Source: Leidyana gryllorum EB-2025a
Taxonomy: Eukaryota > Protista > Apicomplexa
Direction of reading: 5' to 3'
Length of the DNA stretch: 64,000 bases
NCBI GenBank assembly: GCA_048772705.1
Contig: JBLWGC010000216.1
Span: forward strand, 62,001 to 126,000
Shown here: positions 13,616-24,602 of the stretch, piece by piece
How the letters are laid out: the number at the start of each line of letters is the position of its first letter
Numbering within the stretch: position 1 is the first letter of the stretch
Translations under genes and position numbers: made by a program
The notes under the pieces: generated by a model
What the model was told of the DNA's origin: nothing
Database searches by the model: none
The model's input: only the letters and a program-made list of their open reading frames with translations

Positions 13616-15310
13616 TTATTGTACGCGTTTGCCTTCCTCATCAACCACCCATTCATCAGACCGGCGCACACAGATCCACGTGCTGCCGGAGTCTAATCTA
13701 TTCAGATCTGCAGGATTGTCGGTTGGTTGTGGGAAGGTGTTGAGGATTCGAGTACGAATCTTTCTTCTTCGCTTTCGTTTGCGCCTTGGCTTGAATCTGG
13801 TGGTGGTGGTAGTGGTAGCTGCCCAACTGGACATATCACCGGATGCCCACGAGTATTCGTCTTCATCGACGTCAGCGCAACGGCATCTAATTCTGAGTTC
13901 GTGAGCAAACTTGTCATCGAGCCATGGCCACCAGCTTGTTGGCATTAGATCATTATACATCATGAAGCCGACGCATGCCAGCAGCAGTCCAAACATTGCG
14001 GCCAAATCGAACTCTCCCCATCCCAAGGCAAGATTGATGATGTAAATGGGTACCTGTCGCATGTTGAGGATGATGGAGGTGAGCATAGCTGCACCCATCT
14101 TCGTCACTGCCAGTCCCGCAACCGTGAATATGCACAAGGCCGCTGTGAAAGCAATCAGGGCCCAGCGGATGCGCACATCATTTCTCAATGCATATCTGAT
14201 GTGTGTGGATTGTGGAGAGGGCTGGCGATGGAACTCACAAATTGTTGCCCATATCTTCAATCCCGGTAAAATGAGCCACCGCAAGGGTCACGATAGTGAA
14301 GGCAACTTGCCAACAACCAATCATTCCAACGCCCCTGAACGGGGCGCATTGGTAATTGAGCAAAATGCGTTCTTCCGCGACGAGCAAAAATACCTGATGA
14401 GAGTGTCTGAGCTTCTGGTCGGCCGACAGCTTACTTGCACAGTGCTCGAGACCAGTACTAGCATAGGCCCCATCCAGTCCACCCTCCCAGGTGTGCCGTT
14501 TGACGCAATTGAGGAGTATGCTGTAACCACCAACCCTGTGGTAAGTATGGCTATTCCGGTCCATTGGTAAACCTTGAGATCCCGTTTGAGGAATGTTATG
14601 GAGAGCAGAGCGCAAAGAACTACAGTGAAATTGCGCAGAACCTGGGCAGTATCAACCTCCGTGATCCTGAGCGCATATAATAGTAGAAGGGATCCGAAGA
14701 AATCGCATAGTGCTGGAACCAGCCAGAGTAGGGGCCCAGCCTGTTCTTTTTGAGAGCTTTCGCTCGAGTCGAAATCCAAGAAGGGCTTGCGTTTATTACG
14801 CATCTTCGCAACAAACATATCAGTCCAGTATATGGGCATACACACAAGTTCTGTGGTCGAAAGAGGGGTGTGTGCGTGTGTGTGTGTGTGTGTGATGGCA
14901 CGAGGCTTTTGCTTACGTCCAATACAATTGATGGCAAGTTGGAGATATTGAGCATCAAAATGTTCGAGTGGACATCCGTCACAGGGATGATATTCGTGTC
15001 GATTCATCCAGCCGACAATGACCATGTCCAGCGTGCCACATGAGAGCATCATGAAGGCCGCAAAGGGCAATAACACTTCACGACGTTTGAGGTTCCACAC
15101 GCCGTCATTTGAGGGATTCTCGGTGATAGTGATGGGCCCTCCTTCCAGCGTCGTTGAGTCAACTTCTCGTTGTGAGCTGGACGGCGGTGCAGCTGTTGAT
15201 GTCTGCTACGTCTCTTGAGAACACACTGGAGCATATCTCACCTCACCAGGGGCTGTAAAGTCAGCGACCAGAGAGTGCTCAAACTTATAGAGGTCGAAAC
15301 TCGGTTCCAT
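13616..15310 (-). CDS. SLC35F6-like transporter, paralog 4
   Basis: CGTLDM..CDGCP..FDAQYLQ, LVPALCD, QVLRNF, EERILLNY, GLAVTKMGAA. Inferred first exon MEPSFDLY... from ATG 15310. Confidence 0.82.
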
Positions 15311-15333
15311 TCACAGATATAATTTTGACGTTG

Positions 15334-15887
15334 ATGTTGCTGCGGACGATCGTATTGAGTAGCAGCTTGTGGAGATTTCTGGTGTTGAGTGATCGGTTTC
15401 GGTGCGATGAATTCGAAGATGCAGAATATCTAAATCAAGCTAAGGATCTGGTCACACAATATTGTGATCCAAAAGGAACCAAACAGATCGATGGTCGGTG
15501 CTCGAAACGCTCCCACACTATCGGCCTTGTGTGTGTGTGTAGGCGTGCCTGCTTGTTGGCTCGATTCGGGGAACGGGGCGGTTCTGTGGACGATAGAATG
15601 TGAGTGTTTGCCAGATCGGACTCTTCCAGATTGTTCTATGGGTGGGTCTCCTGTTTGTTCCTTCTCGAAATCCGCAATGTATCATGTGGCGGCTGACAGA
15701 ATTGGCGGATGTCGACATTGTTGAAGGTAAGAACAATGGGACTACTAAACAACCATATTGACCGCCAGAGGTCACCAACGAGACCCGTAACACGTGCCTA
15801 TTGGAGGACATGCTTCAATTGAACCAATGGAAGAACAACTTTGACGAGTATGGACACCTGGTCCGACGTGATGAGGAGACACGATGA
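15334..15887 (+). CDS. Small Cys-rich, probably secreted hypothetical protein, 3 introns
   Basis: Hydrophobic N-terminus MLLRTIVLSSSLWRFLVLS. Spliced exons give ...YCDPK..GVPACW..CECLPD..CSMELADVD..TCLLEDML..EETR*. Confidence 0.55.
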
Positions 15888-16124
15888 CGGACGCGGCCAA
15901 AACAACAGCCAACAGATCGACCAAAGTGTCAGTAGTCAACGAGTTTGCTGACAGCGGCGGGGGCTCGGTGCCGGGGGCCCGCCGGAAGCGAACAGTGGTG
16001 ACGAGAAGGCTTCTCGCGCAAAGGGGAGCATTGGGAGGTCAGAGGGGGAGCCGAGATGGTCGGAAGGAGAGACCCTTGTGTGATTGATCATGGCCTCTCT
16101 CCCAGTCTCAAACTCGGCAGTGGG

Positions 16125-16228
16125 AGGCAGACAGAGAGTGAGACGGAGAGACAGAGAGCAAGCGAGCGAGCGAGAGAGAGGGAGAGAGGGAGAGAGGAAC
16201 ACAGAGAGCGATACAGAGAGAGAGAGAG
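16125..16228. repeat. GA-rich imperfect microsatellite
   Basis: (GA)n and (GCGA)n tract just downstream of transporter paralog 5. Confidence 0.8.
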
Positions 16229-16244
16229 CGTCTTGGCGGTAGGA

Positions 16245-18221
16245 CTAGATGAACTCTTCGGACCTTCTAACATATATCAAAGCTGTGTCACTGTCGGTAT
16301 GCGTCATCTCGGGGCGCTTGGTCGTCACAATTACTGTCTTCAACCCTGCATTGGCTGTCTTGCTGTCCATCGACTCGACATCTTCGTCGGCTTCCGCAGA
16401 CACTGCCTCCGACGCAACGGTGCTAACTTCACTATCGCTCTCTTCGGCGTCGAGGTCGATCACAGCGCAGCGTATTCGCACCTCTAACAAAGCTATCCGA
16501 TCGTACCACTTCCACCAACCGTGTGGAACTATGTGATTATATATCATAAACCCTCCCAAAACAAAGGTCATCCCGACCAACCCCAGCAAATCGAATGTGG
16601 CCCATCCCACTGACATCTCCAGCACCCAAATAGGTACCACACGGAGACCCACCATCACAGCTGTCAACAAAGCCGCTCCCATCTTGGTGATGGCCAACCC
16701 CGCCACTGTGAAAACACACATTGACACGCCCAGGACAGAAAACTTCCATCGCAGGCTCGGGCTGGTCGTCAGCGCGTACCTGCATTCCAAGTCACATTGG
16801 TCCTCGTTCAGGGGGCAAAGGGGACAGAGGGAAGATTGGACATTTCGATATGTACGGCCGGGAACGGGGGACACATCATGTAGCTCTCCGTCGCCAGGGC
16901 CACCAATAAGTGGTGCCACCGCAGCCTTTAGATTGAAGAGTGAACGACGGCCGCCGTAGATGTAGTGTAGCGCGTACTGGACGACTGATCAACTCACCAA
17001 TCCTCTTCTAACTTTTCTAGTCCAGTGTAATGAGTGATAATCATAGATATCCCGACCATTCCTATTTCCCAGATACCGGTCCACCCAACGCCGTAGAAGG
17101 GTGGACACTTATATCGTGTGACTAGTTTCTCTTGAAATACCAATTGTGAGACCTGAAGCGGTGTGGACCCATTGAGTTGCTCCAGGGAGACTCACTTGAC
17201 AAAGACTGCTACAAACACTGAAGAGAAGTCCATACCAATTCTCAGCGGAATACTGAGAGTCAGGGCCACTAGTCACCGATACGTACGCCGAAAGGATCAA
17301 TCCAATCGTAATGACAAATATACCTGCCCAGTGGAAAACTCGCAGGTCCCTTCGCAAGTAAGTAACAGAAACAAATGCGGTGATAAGAACACCTGTATTC
17401 CTAAGCATTTGTACGACAGCACCATCAGCATTATACAGAGCGAGCGACAAACACAACGAATTGAGGTATCCGCTTAATCCAGGCAGTACCCACACATACA
17501 TAGGGGCCATCGGCTTCTCATCATCCTGTTGATCGGCGTCGATCTGATTCAGATCGAGCCACCCTCGGGACGATCCACGGCGGCGTCCGAGCCAGAGATC
17601 AAAATGGTGAATCGGCAGACACACAGTCTCTGCAATCGGGACACAAGTTGCGCGGAGACGGCGGAAAAAAACGTGTGCGATCGATCGATTTTCAGGTGGA
17701 TCGATCGGGTGATCGATCAAAGGGAGTGTTAGATCAGTTTAATCACACACAAACCGGTTTGTGAGGGGTGTTGGAGGCAGATAGACTTACGGCCGATGGC
17801 ATTAATGAGTTGCTGAAGGAACGGTGCATAAAAGATGACCGGTTCGCACCCTTCACAAAGCGGTACAGCGGTGTTGTTGATCCACTTGATGAACATAATA
17901 TTGGAGCACCCCGAGACCATAAGAGCTGTAGCTATGACAGGCAGGACCCATTTGGGGACATTGCGAAGTTTATTCCCTCCGAACACATTGACGTCAAACT
18001 TGGCCTTCTGAAAACCACCGGGACCAACGGATATGTGAGACCCTTCTTCACCCTGCGAGTCATACTCGTCGCTGTCGTCGTCGACTTTGCGAAACGTCCT
18101 GCGTTAGTTATTGTTACACAGTCGTCTGCAGCAACAGAGAGAGAGTCTCTGTTGCTCACCTGTCTCCGGGTTTCTGAGTGGGGAGATAACGGATCTCCTC
18201 ACTTTTGAGAGGGTTCGGCAT
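16245..18221 (-). CDS. SLC35F6-like transporter, paralog 5
   Basis: SGCSNIM..CEGCEP..FYAPFLQQ, QMLRNT, GLAITKMGAA. First exon MPNPLKSEE... from ATG 18221; ~215-nt intron at ~16780-16996. Confidence 0.82.
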
Positions 18222-18248
18222 TGCGGGGTTTTTGGACCTTTTGGCATC

Positions 18249-18893
18249 ATGGCGTTGGTGGGCCGTGAGGGTGAAAGAAAAATCCGTCAACTCAAACTGA
18301 ACGAGATGGTAGCGCTTTCTCAACCCGCTTCCCCAGCCAGAGGCTCGCTCTACTTGGACAAGTCGAAGCCAGGTTTTGCAGTGTTGGAGTGTCAAACGGG
18401 GCCGTTGAAGCTGCAAGTATTGCTACACACATTGAGCTGCGTAGTTGGACGCGACCAGGGCTTGGAGCAGGTGGCAGGCGAAATCCAGAACAAGCAGTTT
18501 CTGGGCTTGCGGACCCTCGAGGTGTTCAGGAAGGACAATTGTTCCTTGTCAATCACGCGACCAGCTGGACTCCCCCCCATAGCCACTGGAGATGCTGACG
18601 ACTCTGAAGACGCAGTACCATGGACTGTTTTTGATTCTACACGGCTGTCATTCCACATGTTGAAGAAGCTTTCACGCACTCATTTTGCTATAGCATGGAA
18701 TGCTGATAAAGGTGCCTGGGAGGCCATATGTTTGAGTGCAAATGGCATTACGATAAATGAAGACCTCCGTTTGCGCGAAGGCGAAACCCACGTGCTGGAC
18801 AACAACACGGTCATCTCGGCCGCCACAGGCAGTGTTCGAATATCCCTGACCCTTGCAAACACACCCCCTGCCCCTGTGGGACTTCCCTCCTAA
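18249..18893 (+). CDS. FHA-domain protein
   Basis: FHA motifs VVGR, then LSRTHFAI and LSANGITIN, with a long insertion after GR. Confidence 0.7.
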   Translation: MALVGREGERKIRQLKLNEMVALSQPASPARGSLYLDKSKPGFAVLECQTGPLKLQVLLHTLSCVVGRDQGLEQVAGEIQNKQFLGLRTLEVFRKDNCSLSITRPAGLPPIATGDADDSEDAVPWTVFDSTRLSFHMLKKLSRTHFAIAWNADKGAWEAICLSANGITINEDLRLREGETHVLDNNTVISAATGSVRISLTLANTPPAPVGLPS

Positions 18894-18921
18894 CTCATTA
18901 ACCCTCCAAAATTTCTTAGTG

Positions 18922-19404
18922 ATGGCCGCTGAGATCTCTGCCCAAACTACTGTCGATGGCGAAGTGGTCCATGAGACCTCTGTCGTCGCCGAGAAGGTAT
19001 CAGAAGCCCTCGAGCAAACCCACAAGAGCGTCAATGCGGCCATCACCGAGCAAGTAGAGGAAACCAAGGCCGCAGCCGCCGCAGATCCAGCCACCGAACC
19101 CACCGAAGGCGAAAGTGACTCTCGTGCTGCCGACGAATCGGCCCCCGCCACTGAAAACGCTTCCGCCGAAGCATCAGCCGCTCCCGCCGAGGAGAAGAAA
19201 GAGGAACCCGCTGATGCTACTGACTCCGCTACAACCGAACCCGCCGCCAAGGGAACCGCCGAGCCAAAAAGCGATGACCCAAAGGAGGAGAAAAGCGAGC
19301 AGAAGGAGGATACCCCTACATCTGACAAGAAACGCCCGTTGGATGCAAAGGAAGCTGAAGCTGACGAATCAGAGGCTAAGAAGCCCAAGACTGCCGACGA
19401 GTAG
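18922..19404 (+). CDS. Acidic Ala/Glu-rich disordered protein with C-terminal bipartite NLS-like motif
   Basis: Intronless 160-aa low-complexity ORF ending KKRPLD...EAKKPKTADE. Confidence 0.7.
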   Translation: MAAEISAQTTVDGEVVHETSVVAEKVSEALEQTHKSVNAAITEQVEETKAAAAADPATEPTEGESDSRAADESAPATENASAEASAAPAEEKKEEPADATDSATTEPAAKGTAEPKSDDPKEEKSEQKEDTPTSDKKRPLDAKEAEADESEAKKPKTADE

Positions 19405-19461
19405 AACAGTGTGCACGTTTGTGTGTGGGAACTCTTCTCAAACTTACCAAATTCTAAGCTA

Positions 19462-20359
19462 ATGGCCCGTTCTCGTTCTCAGCGTCAACAACGATTGCAT
19501 AAGATACACGTCTCCAGAACGTGCTCGGGGGGTTCCATGGACAATTTCAGCACCCCTACCTCACACTACACGTCGCAGTCCAGTCCCATCCATCCTTTTC
19601 TCAAATCCGACCTTGAGCCACCAATTCCGGAGCTTGAGCATGCTGTGCCGCCGGTAGATGTTCGCTACACGTCCGATGACGTGTTCGATCGTGCTTCAAT
19701 GGCCGAGCCGCCGCTCTGTAGTCCTGCAGCAACCGCGACTGCGGACACTTTTCCGCTGGTCAACAACGAGCCTGGATCCTGGATGAGGAGGGCAATGGAC
19801 CTCATCATCCAGGTAAGTGCCGAGCGCAGTACGTCCTGAAAACTGCTAAGCTGTGTGACACTGTATACTCCAGATGAACGATCGCTGATATTATGGGTCG
19901 CGCTGGCGCCTATAGGGTGTTTGCTAATCTTTCCAGTTCTCGTGGTATTGCGGTTGCTTATAGTTTTAATCTTTCCGGTAAGTGCGAGCACACCCTCCCT
20001 CATGGGAACACACATGTGTGTCTCTCCGTAGTTGGTTGCACTGGCCCCGATCATCCCGATTAGTCGGCGGATTGGGTCATCCCGACGGCAGAAGATACTT
20101 TTTATATCGGCCTACATTGGAAGTCTGTCTCTGGCAGCAATTCCATACGGATTGGTATTGCCAGTGTATCTCATCTTCGAGATCTTGCCAATTTGCTTAG
20201 TGTCAATTCCGCTCCTGCTGAGCTTTGTACCGCTACTGGTAAGAGAATGCGTCGAGCCCCACATGAGAGATGACGCTTTGCGTTGATCAGATTATCGCTA
20301 TATCTGCTTCTTTAATTCTCTGGCACACCTCACCTAACCGAAGTATCAACAAAGGCTAG
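19462..20359 (+). CDS. Hypothetical multi-pass membrane protein, 3 introns
   Basis: Exons joined by GT-AG introns give several hydrophobic segments (LILWVALAPIGCLLIFPVLVV...; ILFISAYIGSLSLAAIPYG...). TAG at 20357-20359. Confidence 0.6.
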
Positions 20360-20396
20360 TTTTGTAATTGAGCCACGCAAAAATTTTGTTGCCGAT

Positions 20397-21427
20397 ATGG
20401 CGGTCCAGAAGGTCAAGAAGAGTTCGGTAAAGAAGTCCACTAAGTTGGACTTCCCCAAAAGGGTGGAGAAACGCATCACATTGTTGAAACAGTATGATGC
20501 CAAGGAACAGGCAGAAAGTCCGGACATCATGGGGGATGATGAGAAGCGATCCGTTTTCTTACAGTTCCAATTCACTCGGTCGAAGACCAAACCTGATGTA
20601 GTCGCGACTCCTATGTAAGTCACCATGCGCCTCACGTGTTTTCAATCATGTCTGGGGTTGCAGAAAGGTGCCCAACTTTGTTTACAATCCTGAAAGCACT
20701 GAAGTTTGCCTTTTCGTTCGTAAACCTCAGAGGCAATGGAAAGATAAGTATGAAGCCGAGCGGGAAGACTTTCCAGCCATCCAGAGGGTAAGCGGTCAGC
20801 GTGGCCGTGTGTGCACACACAATCATTCTCAGATTATCGATCTGGAACACTTTGTCAAGAAGTATCCCACTCCGAAGGATAAGCGCTCATTCGTACAATC
20901 TTATCAATTGTTCTACTGTGATGACCGGATAGCGCACAAGGTGCCGTCCTTGTTGGGGCTTGAGTTCAAACGGTGTCGCAAGTGAGTGATCCTGCGTCTA
21001 GGTTGTCTGCATATATTACTTGGACAGAGTGCCCCGCGGACTCCGACTGCGGTCCGACAAGACTCTGAAGGAAGTGGTGTTACCGGCGATGTCCGAGACG
21101 TCTCTTCTGATGAAAGTTGGCTCGACGACGTCTGTTCGTATCGGTGACGTTAGTTTTGGAGCGAAGCATTTGGCTGAGAACGCCGTTGCAGTGATGAAGT
21201 ATATGGAGGAGTTGATGAATACATTGAACAAGGAGGAAGAGAGTGATGTGAAAATTGAAGATGCAAGTGACGGCGAGCCCAGAATCCCTTGGAGGATAAT
21301 GAACGTTGTAGTCCAATTGACTAACTCCATATCGATTCCATTGGTTGAAAGGGAGGCGGAGATTGCTGACGAAGTTGTTGCAATCGCCAAGAAGGAACTT
21401 GAACAATCAGCTTCGAATCATTCATAA
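20397..21427 (+). CDS. RSL1D1: Ribosomal L1 domain-containing nucleolar protein (RSL1D1/Cic1/Utp30 family)
   Basis: EVCLFVRKP, YQLFYCDDRI..PSLLG..F, SVRIG..LAEN, NSISIPL. Confidence 0.8.
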
Positions 21428-21972
21428 TCTTCCTCTTCATCTGCCTGTGCTGCGGCCTCAGCAGCTTTTGGTTTCTTATCATCAGAGGGCATTTCCCAGC
21501 CTGAGAGGCCTTCATCTTGTCTTGTGACCAGACTTGCCGCCACACTGCGACCATAATCCAATATTATAATGACAAGAACCGCGATCAATGTGTAGAGGGT
21601 CATCATGGTGATATTGCCAGCCGAAGTGTCGAAATTGGAGTTCTTCTTGAAGATCAGATAGAACCACTGTATCCATTGTGCGATTAAGCTGAGGATGACA
21701 GCTAATTCCAAAATAGCCAGTAGTGATTGGTACTTGCTCGTCCAACTTGAGTTCTTGGCGTTCGCCACGATTATACCCAGTATTCCGGATATCAGGAAAC
21801 ACACATCCACAATTATGGCGATGATGGCCCACGCGTCCAGTTTGGTCGCCGTCAATGCCAACGCCAGCGCAAAGCCGCCGTACAGAAAGAGTGCACAACT
21901 AATAATGATCACTCCCAGTGACAGAGGGAGACACATGAAGCATTTTTGCTTATCAGAGTCGGGCTCGAACAT
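21418..21972 (-). CDS. Four-TM membrane protein with Cys-containing N-terminus (LAPTM/tetraspan-like topology)
   Basis: MFEPDSDKQKCFMCLPLSLGVIII followed by four hydrophobic helices and an acidic tail. Its stop overlaps the RSL1D1 stop region by 10 nt. Confidence 0.65.
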   Translation of the reverse strand: MFEPDSDKQKCFMCLPLSLGVIIISCALFLYGGFALALALTATKLDAWAIIAIIVDVCFLISGILGIIVANAKNSSWTSKYQSLLAILELAVILSLIAQWIQWFYLIFKKNSNFDTSAGNITMMTLYTLIAVLVIIILDYGRSVAASLVTRQDEGLSGWEMPSDDKKPKAAEAAAQADEEEDYE

Positions 21973-22019
21973 TCTCCTCCTCTCGCATGCAGCGTGGGTG
22001 CACTCAGCTGGTGCCCTTC

Positions 22020-22803
22020 CTACCACCGCTCAATCACTGGGGTGATGTACCATCGACTCAGACAGTCTTGGGGGATCTGTTCCGATCCCGTCTGCTGCTC
22101 CGTGGTTGGTTCTGGTGGTAATAAGCTATCCAGATATTCGGCTTTGGGTGCTAGTCCTCGAGGCGACTCGCTTCGTCCCTTATGCGTTCTGGAGTGAAGA
22201 TACATGCGTGAGTAGCCAGCCTCTCCGTCTCACTCACTGTGTATCGGCAGCGTCACCGGGGTAAAGGGCAGGTTTTGTCTGGCTCTCCATCAGCAATTTG
22301 ACCCCCTGCAAGGGTAGTCGATTGTGTTATAGCAGAGTGTGGCGTCACCATACATTGGAGGAGATAGCCGAGACGTGGATCCACACACCCGGTATCCATT
22401 GACTGTCGCTCATCCGTACACTGTCCAATACAACCAGTGTTTTTATCTCAATCTCATTCTTTGGAACACTTCACATACCAATTATTGTAGTCCTCCATCG
22501 AGTCGAATCGGACGCACACCCAATTGCATCCCTCATTTCGGGCTGTAGGCACAGCGAGTAGAGGAAAGATTGCGACTTCAGCTCACCTTCCTCAACGATT
22601 CGGCCGCAGCGCTGCTCAGTCAGGTTTCTGATAGCGGGCCAGTGCTCTGCGATGACACTGGAAAGCAAATGCTCGGAGCTCGATTCTCTTTACCCGACTA
22701 GTTGCACCCAGTAGTGGGTGTCCGATGCTTTGCGAACTGATGTTGGTGGGGCACCTCGCCGGTGGATACCGTCACTGACTTCGGTGACTTTATTTTGAGA
22801 CAT
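22020..22803 (-). CDS. Nup35/Nup53-like RRM nucleoporin candidate (multi-exon, fragmented in the ORF track)
   Basis: Manual splicing from ATG 22803 gives HYWVQLVGVIAEHWPAIRNLTEQRCGRIVEEARNEGCNWVCVRFDS, resembling the Nup35 RRM (WVTVFGF...YG.I......NWMHIRY.S). The protein ends ...ITPVIERW*. Confidence 0.5.
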
Positions 22804-22875
22804 TGTGACTTCAATTTGTGACTAATGTTCTGCAAACTATGGGGTCACAAGTGTCCACACATAACAACCCTGCGC

Positions 22876-24077
22876 ATGGGTCAGGTATTCCTGGCGTCAA
22901 CCCGACAAGCAGTGAGAGAAAGTGACTCGTACCTTAATGTCTATTTGGGTTTTGGGTTATCAGCGTATCTCGCAACCGATGGTTTGACTAACAATGAACT
23001 TGCCTTACATCCTGCGACAGAGCATCCGAGTAAGCCAGCCGTCCTTACCGCTCCCCTTACATCTTGTTCCAGAGATAGCTTACGGGGTGGGCCGAAAAGG
23101 GGCGGGTTGCATTCCGGCAGTCCCAACGGAGGTGGGAGACGTCAAAGGCGAAGACTCCAAGGCTCTCAAAGAGCCCGAATGTGATACTGTGACATGTGTC
23201 TTCACTTGGACACATGGGGGACATTCTGTATTTCTCACCGGGAGCTTCACTGAATGGTCCACAGACAGGAAGATCCCACTTGTCAAAGCAGGCCACGAGT
23301 TTGTGACAGTACAAGAGCTCAAGCGAGGTCGACATCTATACAAGTTTATTGGTAATGGAAAGCTCATATCAAATTCAATCATCCCTTCTCAGTTGACGAT
23401 GTATGGAAATACGCCCCCGATCAAGAGACTGCAACTGATGAGAATGGTCACGTGAACAACATTATTGATGTCTCGAGCCATCAACGATTTGACTATCATG
23501 TTACTTCTGACTTAGAAACAATGCGAAGGTCGCAGTTCCATCAATATATTCCCGATACCAACGAGTACACATCGGATGCCCCTCAAATCCCAGTTCTCTT
23601 CAGCAAGACGTAAGGTTCGATGGATCTTCCCTCACATCAGCTTCATCAATCTCAGAGCGTGTCCAGCGTCCGACCCCCCTCCGAGAATGACCGCCCCTTT
23701 ACATAGTGTGGCTAATCACCTCTACCATGATACCTTAGCCCCTAACATCTTCGGGTGAGCAGCTCCACCCGATCCCAATTATTTATGGACTTGTTGCAGT
23801 CCACATATCTCAGTTGTGGCCACGACGCACCGATGGCGCGGAGGGGACCGCTACAATATGGTCACCCAAAAGTAAGAACATTACACCTTTCAAACTATGA
23901 ATTGGCATTAGGCATTGTACATCTGTTCTGGTCACTCTCAACCCGCTATTCCTCACCGCTGCTCCTCATGCCGTGCACGAATACGCACCGCCAGATGCAT
24001 TGCGGGAGCTCATCACTAAACAGTTCTTGAAGAAGATGGGAATTCAATCCACCAACACCACATCCGCACCCAAATGA
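22876..24077 (+). CDS. PRKAB: AMP-activated/SNF1 kinase beta subunit
   Basis: N-terminal MGQ (myristoylation-like). CBM48 reads VFTWTHGGHSVFLTGSFTEW...YKFIVDDVWKY...NNII; the C-terminal region has PLHSVANHLY and ATTHRW. Confidence 0.9.
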
Positions 24078-24083
24078 GTCGAT

Positions 24084-24499
24084 TCAGTATTGATCATGAT
24101 GATTGCGGATGGTCTTGCTGCGTAGCCGACGCAGGGCGTTCTCAGGGCTCGCCCTTTTCACCTCAACCCACTGCTCGTGTATTCGTGTGTGCCATCGTAT
24201 ACAAGCTATATCCTACCTGTCCTCGAATGAAATGGCTGTTGAAGTGATTCATCACAAGATCGACACTTTCAGCGTTCTCAAACTCTGCAAAGCCAAACCC
24301 ACGACCACTGCCGTCGCGATTGGTCATTATCACACAGTCTACCAAACGGCCGAAAGCAGCAAAGTACTTGTGCAATTCTTGCCTCGAAGCAGCTGGTGGC
24401 AAGTTACCAACCTATGAACGCCAATGACAACTGTCTATATTGTCCCCAACTCACGAAGATTTTCTCAGTTCTGAATTCAGGGATAGGATACTCCATCAT
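24084..24499 (-). CDS. Small single-RRM protein (Musashi/DAZAP1-like)
   Basis: KIFVGNLP (RNP2, split by an intron), GRGFGFAEF (RNP1) and WVEVKRA. Confidence 0.82.
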
Positions 24500-24602
24500 A
24501 TACGATAAAAGAAGGCTAGATGCCCAACTATATAAGAGTACCGAGTATGTAACTCGTCAATCAGATTATGTTTTCCGCCATACAGCTAGACGATCTTTTA
24601 CG

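Noticed and set aside
16780-16996. Cys-rich insert (CPLCP...C...C) in transporter paralog 5, or an intronic C/D snoRNA
   Set aside because: It lies in the intron position shared by all paralogs. Box C is imperfect, with no terminal stem or guide I can support.
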